DNA of 64,000 nt from Octopus vulgaris (taxonomy: Eukaryota), in NCBI GenBank assembly GCA_951406725.2, contig OX597834.1:36022001-36086000 (forward strand). Direction: 5' to 3'. Both the position numbers and the translations under genes were made by a program. The notes under the pieces were generated by a model. The model was not told where the DNA came from and ran no database searches. It saw only the letters and a list, made by a program, of their open reading frames with translations. Shown here piece after piece: positions 1-13,880 of the stretch. Position 1 is the stretch's first letter; each line of letters opens with the position of its first letter.

Positions 1-505
1 GGGCCTGGTGCAGCCTTCTGGCTTCCCAGACCCCAGTTGAAGCGATGATGATGATGATGATGATGAAACCCCTAAACGATGATGATGATGATGAAACCCC
101 TCAAGGCAGTGCTCACGCATGGGCACAATCCAGAGACTGTGGCAGATAAAGGAAATCAAGATCAGAAACAAAAATCAACAAAGAATTGTCACAGACACAA
201 ATCTGATCATCAGCAAAGAATATTTTATTAACATCATTAATTATCATTATTATCATTATTATCATTATTATTATTATAATTAATTGTTGTTGTTGTTGGT
301 ATTGTTGATGTTGTTATCATTGATATTACTTCTGGGATTTCATTCAAAGGGAAAAAAATCAAAAAGGCTGGAGTGTTTCTATTTATAGATATACAAATGC
401 TTCATTTAGAAAAGGAAAAAAAAAAATAATACAAAACAAGTAAAAACAAAGATTTGTTTTGAATCCAAGATAAATTGGTTGGGTTTTCAGAATTCAGTTT
501 CAAAG

Positions 506-2427
<1,922 letters not shown>

Positions 2428-2429
<2 letters not shown>

Positions 2430-2662
2430 TTCTTTACTGCCCGCAAGGGGCTAAACATAAAGGGGACAAACAATGACAGACAAAGGGATTAAGTCGATTA
2501 CATCGCCCCCCCCCCCCGTGCGAAACTGGTACTTTATTTATCGACCCCGAAAGGATCAAAGGCAAAGTCAACCTTGGCGGAATTTGAACTCAGAACGTAA
2601 CAGCCGACGAGATACTGCTAAGCATTTTGCCCGGTGTGCTTGCGATTCTGCCAGCTCGCCTT
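2428..2662 (-). mobile_element. tRNA-derived SINE family B (Meta-domain-like central region)
   Basis: Head ggcgagctggcagaatcg, B box gagttcaaattcc, central gcctttcatcctttcggggtcgataaa...aagtaccag. Other copies at about 4805-5015 (+), 5881-6073 (-), 8228-8410 (-), 12948-13178 (-), 32852-33050 (-), 33374-33592 (-) and 37096-37313 (-). Confidence 0.85.
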
Positions 2663-2692
2663 ACATATATATACACACATATATATATATAT

Positions 2693-2753
<61 letters not shown>

Positions 2754-3089
2754 TATATCTATATCTATATATATATATATATATATTTAATTATATATGC
2801 ATGTTACTAGCTCCAGTTGTATGTAGCAAGTGGATTTGATGAGTATATAAACAGATTGGTTGTTTATTTCCCTACGACTGGTCAAGATGATGTTGACACC
2901 TCTGATGAGAGTTCAATAAGGTCTGAAAATTGATTGAGGCTGTTCATCATTTTTTTTCAGCCTATACAGAATTAGCTGAATTTTCCCTGTTTATATATCT
3001 GTGTATCTACTATATCTACTACATAAGTTATATATAAGTTACATGTATATATATACATATATATATGTATATATATATATATTTTCAAT

Positions 3090-3305
3090 ATGTGACCTCG
3101 TGAGTACCGCTGGCGATTTTTTTACCTCTGTCTTCCCTTCTCAGGATCTTTCCTTTTCCTATGTTTCCGACGAAGAGCTTCGCTCTAAACGTTAAACCCT
3201 CCTTCTTCCCTTCTTTCCTGAGCGTCCAATAATACTTTATTTGTTCCACGTCCTCGCGTTGTTGTGTTTTTTTGTTTTTTTGTGTTTTCTTGTTTGGATT
3301 AACTT

Positions 3306-3307
<2 letters not shown>
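3090..3307 (+). mobile_element. Penelope-like terminal-repeat fragment with a degenerate hammerhead, inserted in (TA)n
   Basis: gttt CCGACGA agagc ttc gctc TAAAC GTT aaac at 3163-3197. Homologous to 56041-56243. Confidence 0.6.
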
Positions 3308-3353
<46 letters not shown>

Positions 3354-4017
3354 ACACAGGTTAGTTTGTTTACATTATTGTGTTGTGATTATATCTTTCT
3401 TGCAAGTGAAATGCACGTACATGTTTATATACATACACACATACATACATACATACAGACAGACATATACAAAGATGCATATATAGACACACACACACAC
3501 ACACACACACACATGCATATTTATATACATTATATACATTATATACATACATACAGGAGAAAAAGCATACCATATGTGTGTGTATGTGTGTGCATTCATA
3601 TGTTTGTGAGTATATATGTATGTGTTTGATGTATGTGTGTGCATTTGTTTGTATGTGTGTGTTCATTTGTGTGTGTATGTGTTTGCAGCCATAGATCCAG
3701 GAACAGGAAGTGCAAGCGAACTGCCGAAAGTATTTTGCGTGTGCAAAATCAAAGTTTGCACATATACTTACTTTTTTTAGGTTTAGCAAATCGTGAGTAA
3801 TAAGGGATCTGTAAGAAGAAGTATGAAGCTAGGTTTCTTCTCAAAGAACAAAGAACAAAAATAAATATTAAAAAAAAAACAATAAATTTTTGTTTGTCAA
3901 AACTTTGGACCAGGGCTTGCACTCCTAAGCAAATTTCGCTCCTGAGCCACTGCTTGCAACCACCATATATATATATATATATATATGCACCTTTGTATGT
4001 ATGTATATATGTATGTA

Positions 4018-4080
<63 letters not shown>

Positions 4081-5146
4081 TAATCAGCCGAAATTGCTAA
4101 GATGATCCGGTTCCAGACTGAAGATTAGAGGCTTCGAATGACCCGTCTGTTTTTTTTTGTGTCGTCTCTTTGTGTGGTTTGCGTTCTTGTCCCCTTTTGT
4201 AAATTTTATATATAATTTTTATACATATATATATGTATATATACACATGCTATGCCAGCAATGAAGGAGAATTTTAAATGATGATGATGACGATGATGAT
4301 GATGATGATGATGATATACATACATATATATGTTTCCAAACAGCTTTCATACAGTTTCTGTCTACAAAATTCATTCACAAGGCATCGATTATCGTGGGAC
4401 TGTAGCAAAAGACACTTGTCCAAGTTGCCATGCAGTAGGGTTGAACTCAAAACCATTTGGGTGCAACACAAACATTTGAGCCCCACAGCCATCTCCATAA
4501 CTATATATTTTTTTTAATTATCTCCTTTTTTTTTTTTTAATTAGCAGTTACTAATAACTGACACTTCAATATGTCAGGTCAGTTTTGGTTAAGTAGAGCT
4601 ATGATCAAAAGCAATCCAATCATGACCATCTCATTTGAAGTTGGGACCAAGGAGTGGGGAGATACATTATTTAGATATGTCTTTCCATGTTTTAAGATTG
4701 TAGGGCATTTTTTTTGTGTGGGAGATTTGGTTGCCATTTCTTGAAGGTCAATCAAGCATGGGGCTTGTCCCATTAGCTCTTGCTTTAACATATCAATGTC
4801 TGAAGGTGGCAAGCTGGCAGAACCATTAGCATACCAGGGGAAAGGCTTAGCGGTAGTTCATCCATCTTCATGTTCTAAGTTCAAATTCTGCTGAGGTCAA
4901 CTTTGCTTTTCATCCATTCTGGGTCAATAAAATAAGTACCAGTTGCATACTGGGATTGACATAATTTGCTGACCCCTGCCCCCAAATTACTGGCCTTGTG
5001 CCAAAATTTGAAATCAATATATTTACATCTGGGGTGTTTTACCCCTTGTATCCTCCTAGGGATATTGCTTAAGTCTGAGGTGTCCACCCTGCCATCTTTT
5101 CATGCAGTGTACCCAGAGTCATGTTTAAGTCTGCAAACGTAAGCTC

Positions 5147-5547
5147 TTATTCTTTTACTTGTTTCAGTCATTTTGACTGTGGCCATGCTGGAGCACTGCC
5201 TTTTAGTCGAGCAAATCAACCCCAGGACTTATTCTTTGTAAGCCTAGTACTTATTCTATCGGTCTCATTTGCTGAACTGCTAAGTTACGGGGATGTAAGC
5301 ACACCAGCATCAGTTGTCAAGTGATGTCGAGGGGACAATCACAGACATACAAACATATACACACACATACATATATATATATATACATATATACAATGGG
5401 CTTCTTTCAGTTTCCTTCTACCAAATTCACTCACAAGGCTTTGGTCGGCCCGAGGCTATAGTAGAAATCATTTGCCCAAGGTGCCACGCAGTGGGACTGA
5501 ACCCAAAACCATGTGGTTCGTAAGTAAGCTACTTACCACACAGCCAC
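5147..5547 (-). mobile_element. tRNA-derived SINE family A
   Basis: Head gtggctgtgtggtaag...gggttcagtccc, CORE-like ccttgggcaagtg, internal TA/TG tract, tail ...gactgaaacaagtaaaagaataa. Other copies at about 6160-6572 (+), 18843-18997 (+), 26408-26580 (+), 41575-41972 (+), 44899-45265 (-), 46308-46640 (+), 51268-51580 (+), 55455-55850 (-), 62275-62670 (-) and 62828-63170 (+). Confidence 0.85.
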
Positions 5548-5774
5548 GTAAAAAAAGGAAAACAGTGTGGAAGCCCCTAATATAGAAACTTCATCCTTTG
5601 TTCAGACAATATTTCGTATGATCCTGGATAAGACTTCAAACTGTATCCAGCCATGGGACCCTGGTATGGGAGTTCCAGAGTTTTGAAGAGAGTGGAGTCA
5701 TTTCTTAGCCAATATTGTTCCCCAGTCTACACTGATCAGTGTTAGCAGCATCTCCCAGGGTCCCAACCATGGGT

Positions 5775-6613
5775 TTACCTTTTAGCATTTAAAGCAGCCA
5801 TCCTGCCAAAATATTCTACCTCCTTTATGTTCAGACTACCAGATCTGACCTCTCATGCCTACCCTACAATGTCTTTCTAATAATGGTTTCAATTTTTCAC
5901 AAAACGGCAACAATTTGGGGGGAATAGGTAAATCATATTACATCGACTGATATTTATTTTATTGACCCTGGGGGAATCGACCTTGATGGAATGTGAACCT
6001 GGGACATAAAGACAGATGAAATATTATTAAGCATTATGCCTGGCATGCTAACAATTCTGCCAGCTCATGGCCATAATGTCATCCTAAAATTAAACAATCA
6101 CAATGTCAAAATCTCAGAGCTACGAGATAAGCCATGATGAATTTAGAACAATGTAAATGCTGGTATAGCTGCGTGGTAAGAAACTTGCTTCCCAACCACA
6201 TGGTTCTGGGATCAGTCCTGCTGTGTGGCACTCTGGGCAAGTGTCTTCTCCTATAGTCTTGGGCTGACCAAAGCCTTGTGAGTGGATTTGGTAGATGGAA
6301 ACTGAAAGAAGCCCCTCGTGTATTTATATATATCTATGTGTGTGCGTCTTTGTGCCTGTGTTTGTCCCGCACCACCTCTTGACAACTGATGTTGCTGTGT
6401 TTATGTCTTCAAGACATAGCAGTTTGGCAAAAAGGGAATGATACACTAAGTATCAGGCTTAAAAAAAAGAGAAATAAGTACTGGGGTCAATTTGTTTGAC
6501 TAAAAGTTCTTCAAGGTGGTGCCCCAGCATGGCCACAGTCTAATGACTGAATAAAGTAAAAAAGTAAAAGGCAAAATAAACTTTGACAGATTAATCTGAA
6601 TGCTAAAGTGTCA
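5775..6613. mobile_element. piggyBac-type MITE split by two SINE insertions
   Basis: Left end ccttttagcatttaaa, right end aatctgaatgctaaagtg. The pieces match the uninterrupted copy at 42150-42372. The SINE-B insert is flanked by aatgtctttctaa / aatgtcatcctaa. Confidence 0.65.
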
Positions 6614-7440
6614 ATTGCCATCTTAGGACTTGCCTACCTTTGCTTATGAAGACTGGATTTGACAGACACTGTAAACAAAAAAAATTCCAGAACAAAAGTC
6701 TATTTGCAAAAACCTTAATCTAGATGGACTTATCCCCCTTAGATTAGTTTACGTTATGTCTAAGACGGGCCTGCCAAAGATGTTTGAAGATGTCAGCATT
6801 TCCCTAGTTGGCAAATGGGGAATTCCATGTTTGCAACAGAAATTTCCTCTGATGAGCGCACTGACTGAACGTCTCTTTTTTGAAGTTTAAAAAGTTCCTG
6901 GGGGTCAAGTGAGTTTTTAGGATTTTTGCTCTTTTGGTCAACAAAGCTTACATCATTCACTTTGCTTTCATTTAAGATATGGACCTGGTTGTTGTTGTAA
7001 TGTTTTTGTTTACAAAATTAACTGAAATCAACTAAATTTTTGAAAATTTTTTTAAAATTATTTTTATTCTGTGGACAAATTATCTGGTAATATTGCCAAG
7101 AGAAACAAGTCTAGGTATGGGAAAATATTACCTTGCTTGGAAACAGGTCACTGTTGATGACAAGAAGGAAATCTAGAGATAGGAAATCTGATGCAAGAAA
7201 TTCCATCCAACCCATGCCGACATGGAAAAGAGGACGTTAATTGCTGATGATTAGATTAGAAATCAGAATATTATTGTGATATTTCCTATAATATTGTTGA
7301 AATGGCTTATAAAAAAAAGTATTCTAGATGACCAATGACCAATATTTGAATGCTTAGTAAAATTTTCTATGCTGTATATATCAATATTTTACTCACTCCT
7401 ATACACAATTTTAGATTTTTCTCTTTTGATACTTCCTTAA

Positions 7441-7662
7441 CCCTTTCGTTGCCAACCCGGTTGTAACCCCCTCTGGCTCTGTAGTACAAATGTCTTGTTT
7501 TCAAAAGTTCTGAATTAAAATCTTCCACCAAACCTTCGTCACAATTTATGTTCCTAACACTAGCTTAACGATAACTAAGTTATTTTACTAAATTCTTTCT
7601 TATATTTAAAATTAATTGAAAGGAACACAGAGCATCTCAACAGAAATATGGTAGCAAAAGGG
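7441..7662. mobile_element. piggyBac-type MITE
   Basis: TTAA on both sides (7437-7440, 7663-7666). Imperfect TIRs ccctttcgttgcca / tggtagcaaaaggg. Confidence 0.8.
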
Positions 7663-7889
7663 TTAAAATATATAAAAGAGAAACAATTGAGTTCCCTGTG
7701 GTTATTCATAACATTTAGGCGTGTTACGGGTCTGAAGTATTCAGTCACATATGTTCCAGTTCTTGAACAGGAGTGCTGTCAAAACCTTTAACCAGTATGG
7801 CACAATGAGTTCAGCATCCTTTGTTTTTGCTTTTTTGTTGTTGTTTGTTTTTTTTTATCAAAGGTTGATGAAAGCCTTTTTGTAGAAAC

Positions 7890-8222
7890 TCCATCCATTC
7901 ATTCATCCATCATTTTTTTTTTGCCAGCTATTCCTGAGAGGGTTGTAGAATCCTCAGACACTTCCTTCATAGGGTCCTAACAGAAACAACAGTCAAAATT
8001 TCTGGCTGGATTTCCAAGCATGACCAACCAAGACAAAGGATATTATCTAACCATCTGATTCTCGGTCTACCCCTTGGTTTCCTGCCAGTTGGCTTGCTTT
8101 GAAGAATCCCTCTTGTGACTAATTCCCGTGACATTCTAATCCCATGTCTGTGGTATCAGAGCCAAGACCTCTCAATGGAAAAAAGGAGCTGTTTGACCTG
8201 GAGACACTCCCTGATTTCCAAG
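7890..8222 (-). mobile_element. Degenerate RTE-clade LINE 3' fragment
   Basis: Similar to 10110-10700, with a (GGAT/GAAT)n tail. Confidence 0.55.
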
Positions 8223-9039
8223 CTATATACCTATTTCTTTACTACCCACAAGGGGCTAAACACAGAGAGGACAAACAAGGACAGACAAATGGATTAAGTC
8301 GATTATATCGACCCCAGTGCATAACTGGTACTTATTTAATCGACCCCGAAAGGATGAAAGGCAAAGTTGACCTCGGCGGGATTTGAACTCAGAATGTAAC
8401 GGCAGACAAAATGCATACATACATATATATATGTATGTATACAGTAACATAAATGCACAGGTGTACATACATATACACAGATATTAGAATATAAAAATAG
8501 AATTGAATTTTAAAAATATATGTATATATACACACATACACACAAATATGTATTTGGATGTATGTATATATATGTATATTTACATGTGTGTGTGTATGTA
8601 TTTATAGATGCTTATACATAATCACACACTTATATTTTAGGCTTACAAAGATACTTAACAGATCTGGATCTGCTGTCTCTGTAGAGATGGTCATAACATT
8701 CGTACAAAAACATATGTTTTTTCATTTCCTTTTTTTTTTGCGCTGTCTTATCTTAAAATTGTTCTTTGATGAACATAGCAAACTTTTACACAGGACGCAT
8801 ATTAACGTCTTCACCGGGCTTCTTCGTTAAGAGTTATACATACAAATCAACTATAATTAGTTGCTATGCTATCCTTCAATTTGCCGAGTGCTTAATTGTA
8901 GATTCATTAAGTCATCAATTAATAATTCATTAACTGGTTGATTAATGAGGTGTACTGTTGGCATTCCTCTCTGAGCACTCCATTAACCAAATTCTGAGGT
9001 GACAGCCTGGATTGGAAAGATTCCCAATCATTATGAAAA

Positions 9040-10104
9040 AATACAGGGTGTCAGTGCTAAGTACTGATGTTTGTAAATACAAACTTGGTACCAGTTCAAA
9101 TCTTCTTGAGGCATATTCAGACCTGTAAGAAATCTATTCATCGTATTTTACCATGGAGAAAATCTCTTGCTGTAGACAAACCAAGTCTGTTCACAGCAAT
9201 CCTTTACCAGACTAGGATGCATGCATTTCAGAGTGGTTATTTCCTCTTCAGCAACAGGGACCAGTAAAGGCAGACATTGTGAACTGATACAATAGGGGAC
9301 CCGTGTATGATATTTCTGTCATTGTTCAATGACTGGTTTGTGTTACTCTGTGGCTGGCAGTAAATAAAATACAGAGTAACAGCACTAAGCAGTGAAGTGA
9401 TTAAATACAAACTTGTTACCAGTCCAAATATGCTTGAGGTATATTCAAATCTATAAGAAATCTATTCACTGTATTTTGTCATGGAGAAAATTTCTTGCTG
9501 TAGACTGAGTCAGCAAACAGCACCCCCTGACTATACTGTGAGATGCATGCATTTCAGAGTGGTTATCTCCTCTTCAGCAACAGGGACCAGTAAAGGCAGA
9601 CATCATGAACTGACACAAGAGACAGGTCCCTTTTATGATAATTCTGACATTGTTCAATGACTGGTTTCTCTATTCAGCAGCTCGCAGTAAACAAAATACT
9701 GAGTGACAGCACTAACCAGTGATGCATATAAATACAAACTTGTTAGCAATTCTAATATTCTTGAGACATATCCAAACCCATAAATAAAAAAACCATTCAT
9801 TATACTTTGTCACGGAGAAAATTTCTTGCTAGCGACAAACTGGTGTAAACAAACCAAGTCAGTTCACAGTGACCCCTAACCAGGCTCTGCAAACTGACAT
9901 GAGAGACAGGTCCTTCTTATAGTATTCCCACTGCCATTCAATGACTGGTTGTACTATTTAGTGGTACTGAGAGCTCACTCGTATTTACACCCATTTGTCT
10001 ACAGGGAGAAATTTTCTTCATCACAAAATACAGAGTTTGTCTTTCTTACAGGTTCAAAAATGCCTCAAGAATATTTCAACTGGTAACAAGTTGACATTTA
10101 CAAT
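9040..10104. repeat. Three diverged ~328-bp tandem units plus an inverted partial copy
   Basis: Anchor aaatacaaactt at 9075, 9403 and 9730. Segment 9993-10104 is the reverse complement of the unit start. Confidence 0.8.
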
Positions 10105-10109
10105 ATGTT

Positions 10110-10710
10110 CATCCATTCATCCATCCACTATTTCTGGGACGATCTTTGGGTCAAAGTCCTGAGGCACCTCCTCCAAAGGATCCTATCTGGAGCTACCAGC
10201 ATTAGACTTTCCAGCTGGATTGTCAAGCACAACAAACTGAGACTATAGACATTATCCAACCATCTTCTTCTTGGTCTGTCCCAGGGTCTCCTTCTGCATG
10301 GCTTGGCTTGAAGAATCCATCTTGTGATTCTTTCCTCTGACATTCTGATTGCATATTCGTAGTACCAGAGACATGACCACACAATGCAGAGAAGTAGTGG
10401 TTTCAAAGCTATGCACCCTGTTCAGAAATGTTCCTTCAGAAACCCTTTGGAGGAACCCTATGTTGGTCACATATATTCCTTTGGTCATTAGCATTATTCA
10501 TGATAATATTTGAGGGTGGGGGCATGGAAACTGAACTGAAGCTAGTGAGTTAGGCTCCCTTTGCAAACCTCTCCTCTTCTGAGGATCAAATGCAGAAGCT
10601 GGCAAATTATTGTCCCAGCATCCACAATTCTAGCATCTAATTCTGCATCCTGCTTTCCATCACTTGTGAATACAGGAATACAGATTTTAAACTTCTTCAC
10701 TTGTCTCAGT
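10110..10710 (-). mobile_element. RTE-clade LINE 3' fragment (frameshifted RT C-terminus)
   Basis: RMSEERITRWILQAKP...RPRRRWLDNV...DRILWR pattern of RTE ORF C-termini, and a (GGAT)n tail. Confidence 0.7.
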
Positions 10711-11202
10711 GATGTCTATATGTGTGTGTGTGTGTGTGTATAGTTAGAAAATCTCTATAAGAGATGAAAGAGGTAACTTCAATATGGCTGTTCTGTATGA
10801 ACTGACATTACTACCATTTTTTAACCCCAAGCGGATGCCTCTTCTAGCTGGTTATTGATGCAAAACTTCTTCAGTTCAATAAAATACATACAGAGGTAGA
10901 CAATTTACAACACAAGCATCATAGCATTGAGTTTTTAAAACACAAACTTCCATACTATACTTTTCAAAGAACTTATTTAATGGAAACCTTGTTTTTGTTT
11001 TATTAATGCTTTAATTTGAATTGTGCTATCCTTTTTTTTTATTCATCAACAACAGTCTATTTTTAAACCTGTGTTCCACTACCATTCTAAAACTAGTGTT
11101 GTTTGAATTATGTTAGGTTAGAACACCCCACACACCTTTCTAGTACTATGTGGAAAATAAAGAAAGCTGATGTATGTACTTTTATAGTTGTTACTTCTGT
11201 GC

Positions 11203-11589
11203 TGTGGAGGCGCAATGGCCCAGTGGTTAGGGCAGCAGACTCGCGGTCATAGGATCGCGGTTTCGATTCCCAGACCGGGCGTTGTGAGTGTTTATTGAGC
11301 GAAAACGCCTAAAGATCCACGAGGCTCCGGCAGGGGATGGTGGTGATCCCTGCTGTACTCTTTCACCACAACTTTCTCTCACTCTTACTTCCTGTTTCTG
11401 TTGTACCTGTATTTCAAAGGGCCGGCCTTGTCACTCTCTGTGTCACGCTGAATATCCCCGAGAACTATGTTAAGGGTACACATGTCTGTGGAGTGCTCAG
11501 CCACTTACACGTTAATTTCATGAGCAGGCTGTTCCGTTGATCGGATCAACTGGAACCCTCGTCGTCGTAACTGACGGAGTGCTCCTACC
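11203..11589 (+). mobile_element. tRNA-derived SINE family C (full length, with TSD)
   Basis: A box tggcccagtgg, B box ggtttcgattcc, flanking duplication tacttctgtgc / tacttcagtgc. Confidence 0.85.
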
Positions 11590-12740
11590 TACTTCAGTGC
11601 ATTGTTTTATGCACAATCCAAATATATATATATACAAATGTAGATGTGTCTATATACACAGCCCTTATATACATAATACACATACACACTTAAGTGTAGA
11701 ATTTGAAAGTAAAGAGCAGTTGAGAGTGTTGTGGAGGTTAAATATTTGTTTAACAGTCTGTTGATATAAATCTGCATCACTTAAAAGTTTTATAGATGTA
11801 AAAGCGTGTCTGATCCTTCATATGCTGCTAATCTAAGTGGTAAGTCATCCAAGGATTTTAAGGCTGGTTGTTATTGTGTGTTGTATAAAGTTCATACCTA
11901 TCAATTAGTTTGGATCACAAGACGGAGGACTGTGAAACGACCGCTCGGTGTTGTAGAGGGTGCTGATTGGGGGACAACTCTGACGCAATGTATAAGAATA
12001 ATCTCTCGTGATTTCATTAGAAATTTAAGTTAGAATTCCAATGAATTTTCAATAAAAATTACGAAACACTAGTATCAACTAATTAGTTAATAACGAACTC
12101 TGTTGATTAATGGCAGAAGATTGAAAGTTCAGTCTTTTTGTTAATGAAACAGCTCACTTAATCTCTTAACCACAAGACTAAACTTTTATACTGTTGTTAT
12201 CAAAGGGACTTCCGTTCATATAATGTTAAGCCATTAGTCAACAATACTGTTTGATGATCTTTACTGAAGCCTTGCTCAAATTCTATTGGAATGAAAGCAG
12301 GGGGTATTATTACTCTTATGTATTACTGCACCCCCCACCTCCCTACCATTCAAGAACTGCCTAGTAGTCCTCCATTGCACAGACTGAACTAATAAATAGG
12401 CAAAATCTTTATATGATAACCAATGGTAGATGGGGGCCTTCATCAGGTTCCCGGCTCCCTGGATACAAATAAACACATCTAAGGAATCAGGGGTACATTT
12501 AGGTTCATGAAATGTTGAGTACTGCAAATCTCTGTGATAAATCTCTTAATGTGTGTGTGTGTGCATGTGTGTGTGTGTGAGTATAGTGGAATTATAAGAG
12601 ATAATGGTGTCATTGAGACCCAAAAGTGTCAGGTAATGCTGAATAAGTACTATAGACAGACCATAGTTAAGTTCCAGATTCGATAATATTGTGAATAAAG
12701 GGTTCAACGTTGGTTCTATGTCAGCGTGTGTATATACAAA

Positions 12741-12863
12741 TTTTTTTTGCGAAATGAGATAAAAAAAACCAAGGCTGTATAGATATTAGAGCATTTATAG
12801 ATATCTATAAATGCTCTAATATCCATACAGCCTTGGTTTTTTTATCTCATTATGCAAAAAATT
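12741..12863. repeat. Near-perfect spacerless palindrome, ~60-bp arms
   Basis: aatgagataaaaaaaaccaaggctgtatagatattagagcatttatagat|atctataaatgctctaatatccatacagccttggtttttttatctcatt, centred at 12802/12803. Confidence 0.95.
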
Positions 12864-13738
12864 CATATATAGTGGAATTATATATAATGGTGTATCTATT
12901 CAAAAGACCAGAAGTCTGTAGTTTAAATGAAGGACTCATTAACACAATTCTTTCTACTCTAGGCACAAGGCCTCGAAAATTTTGGGGGAATGGGGATAGT
13001 TGATTACATCGACCCCCAGTGTGTAACTGGTACTTATTTCATTGACCCCCCCCCCCCCAAAAAAAAAGATGGAAGGCAAAGTCAACCTGGGCGGAATTTG
13101 TGCTCAGAACATAGCGGTAGATGAAACACTGCTAAGCATTTCACCTGGCGTGCTAACGATCCTGCCAGCTCGCTGCTTTACTCAATACACAATACATGCT
13201 GACGATGTGACATTTATTTAAAGACATATTCCAACAAGGCTGCAACTACCTCCTGCTTGTTCTTCAGAAAATGATAAAATATTTCGCTGGTAACCAGATT
13301 TCTTTGAATCCATTTTCTCTGCTTTATTGTTTCAATTTTTCAGGTTTTGTCTTAGAAAATATTTATGTAACATTTCCATTCTCTGAAGAAGCATACAAAG
13401 AAACATTTAGCAGCTTTGTTAGAATATCTAATCCTTTTCTCTCTCATATAATAAAGTGTCCATCCTTCCATATATACATACATACATATAAAGATGTATA
13501 TGTGTGTGTGTATGTATATATACATACATACATACATATATACATATATATATTTGAAAAATATATTTATTTGAAAAAGAAAAAAAATGACTCATAGATC
13601 TACAAATTAAAGTGTAAAATTTATATTACTAAAAAATAATTAATCAAACTTCTTAGAATTACTAGTGAAGTTATTCTTGTTTCAAATATACCTAACTGTA
13701 CCAAGGATCTCATACATTTTCCTTTCCAGTATATACAT

Positions 13739-13880
<142 letters not shown>

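Noticed and set aside
4110-4150. CTGAAGA...TTCGAATG in a TA-flanked repeat
   Set aside because: GAAA box and stems are unconvincing; cannot be supported without a family consensus.
6845-6876. CTGATGA...GAACGTC hammerhead-like string
   Set aside because: No stem II, incomplete GAAA and no stem I partner.
11203-11280. tRNA genes at SINE heads (also 23973-24045, 46911-46985)
   Set aside because: A and B boxes are present but the acceptor stems are incomplete and the sequence continues into repeat bodies.
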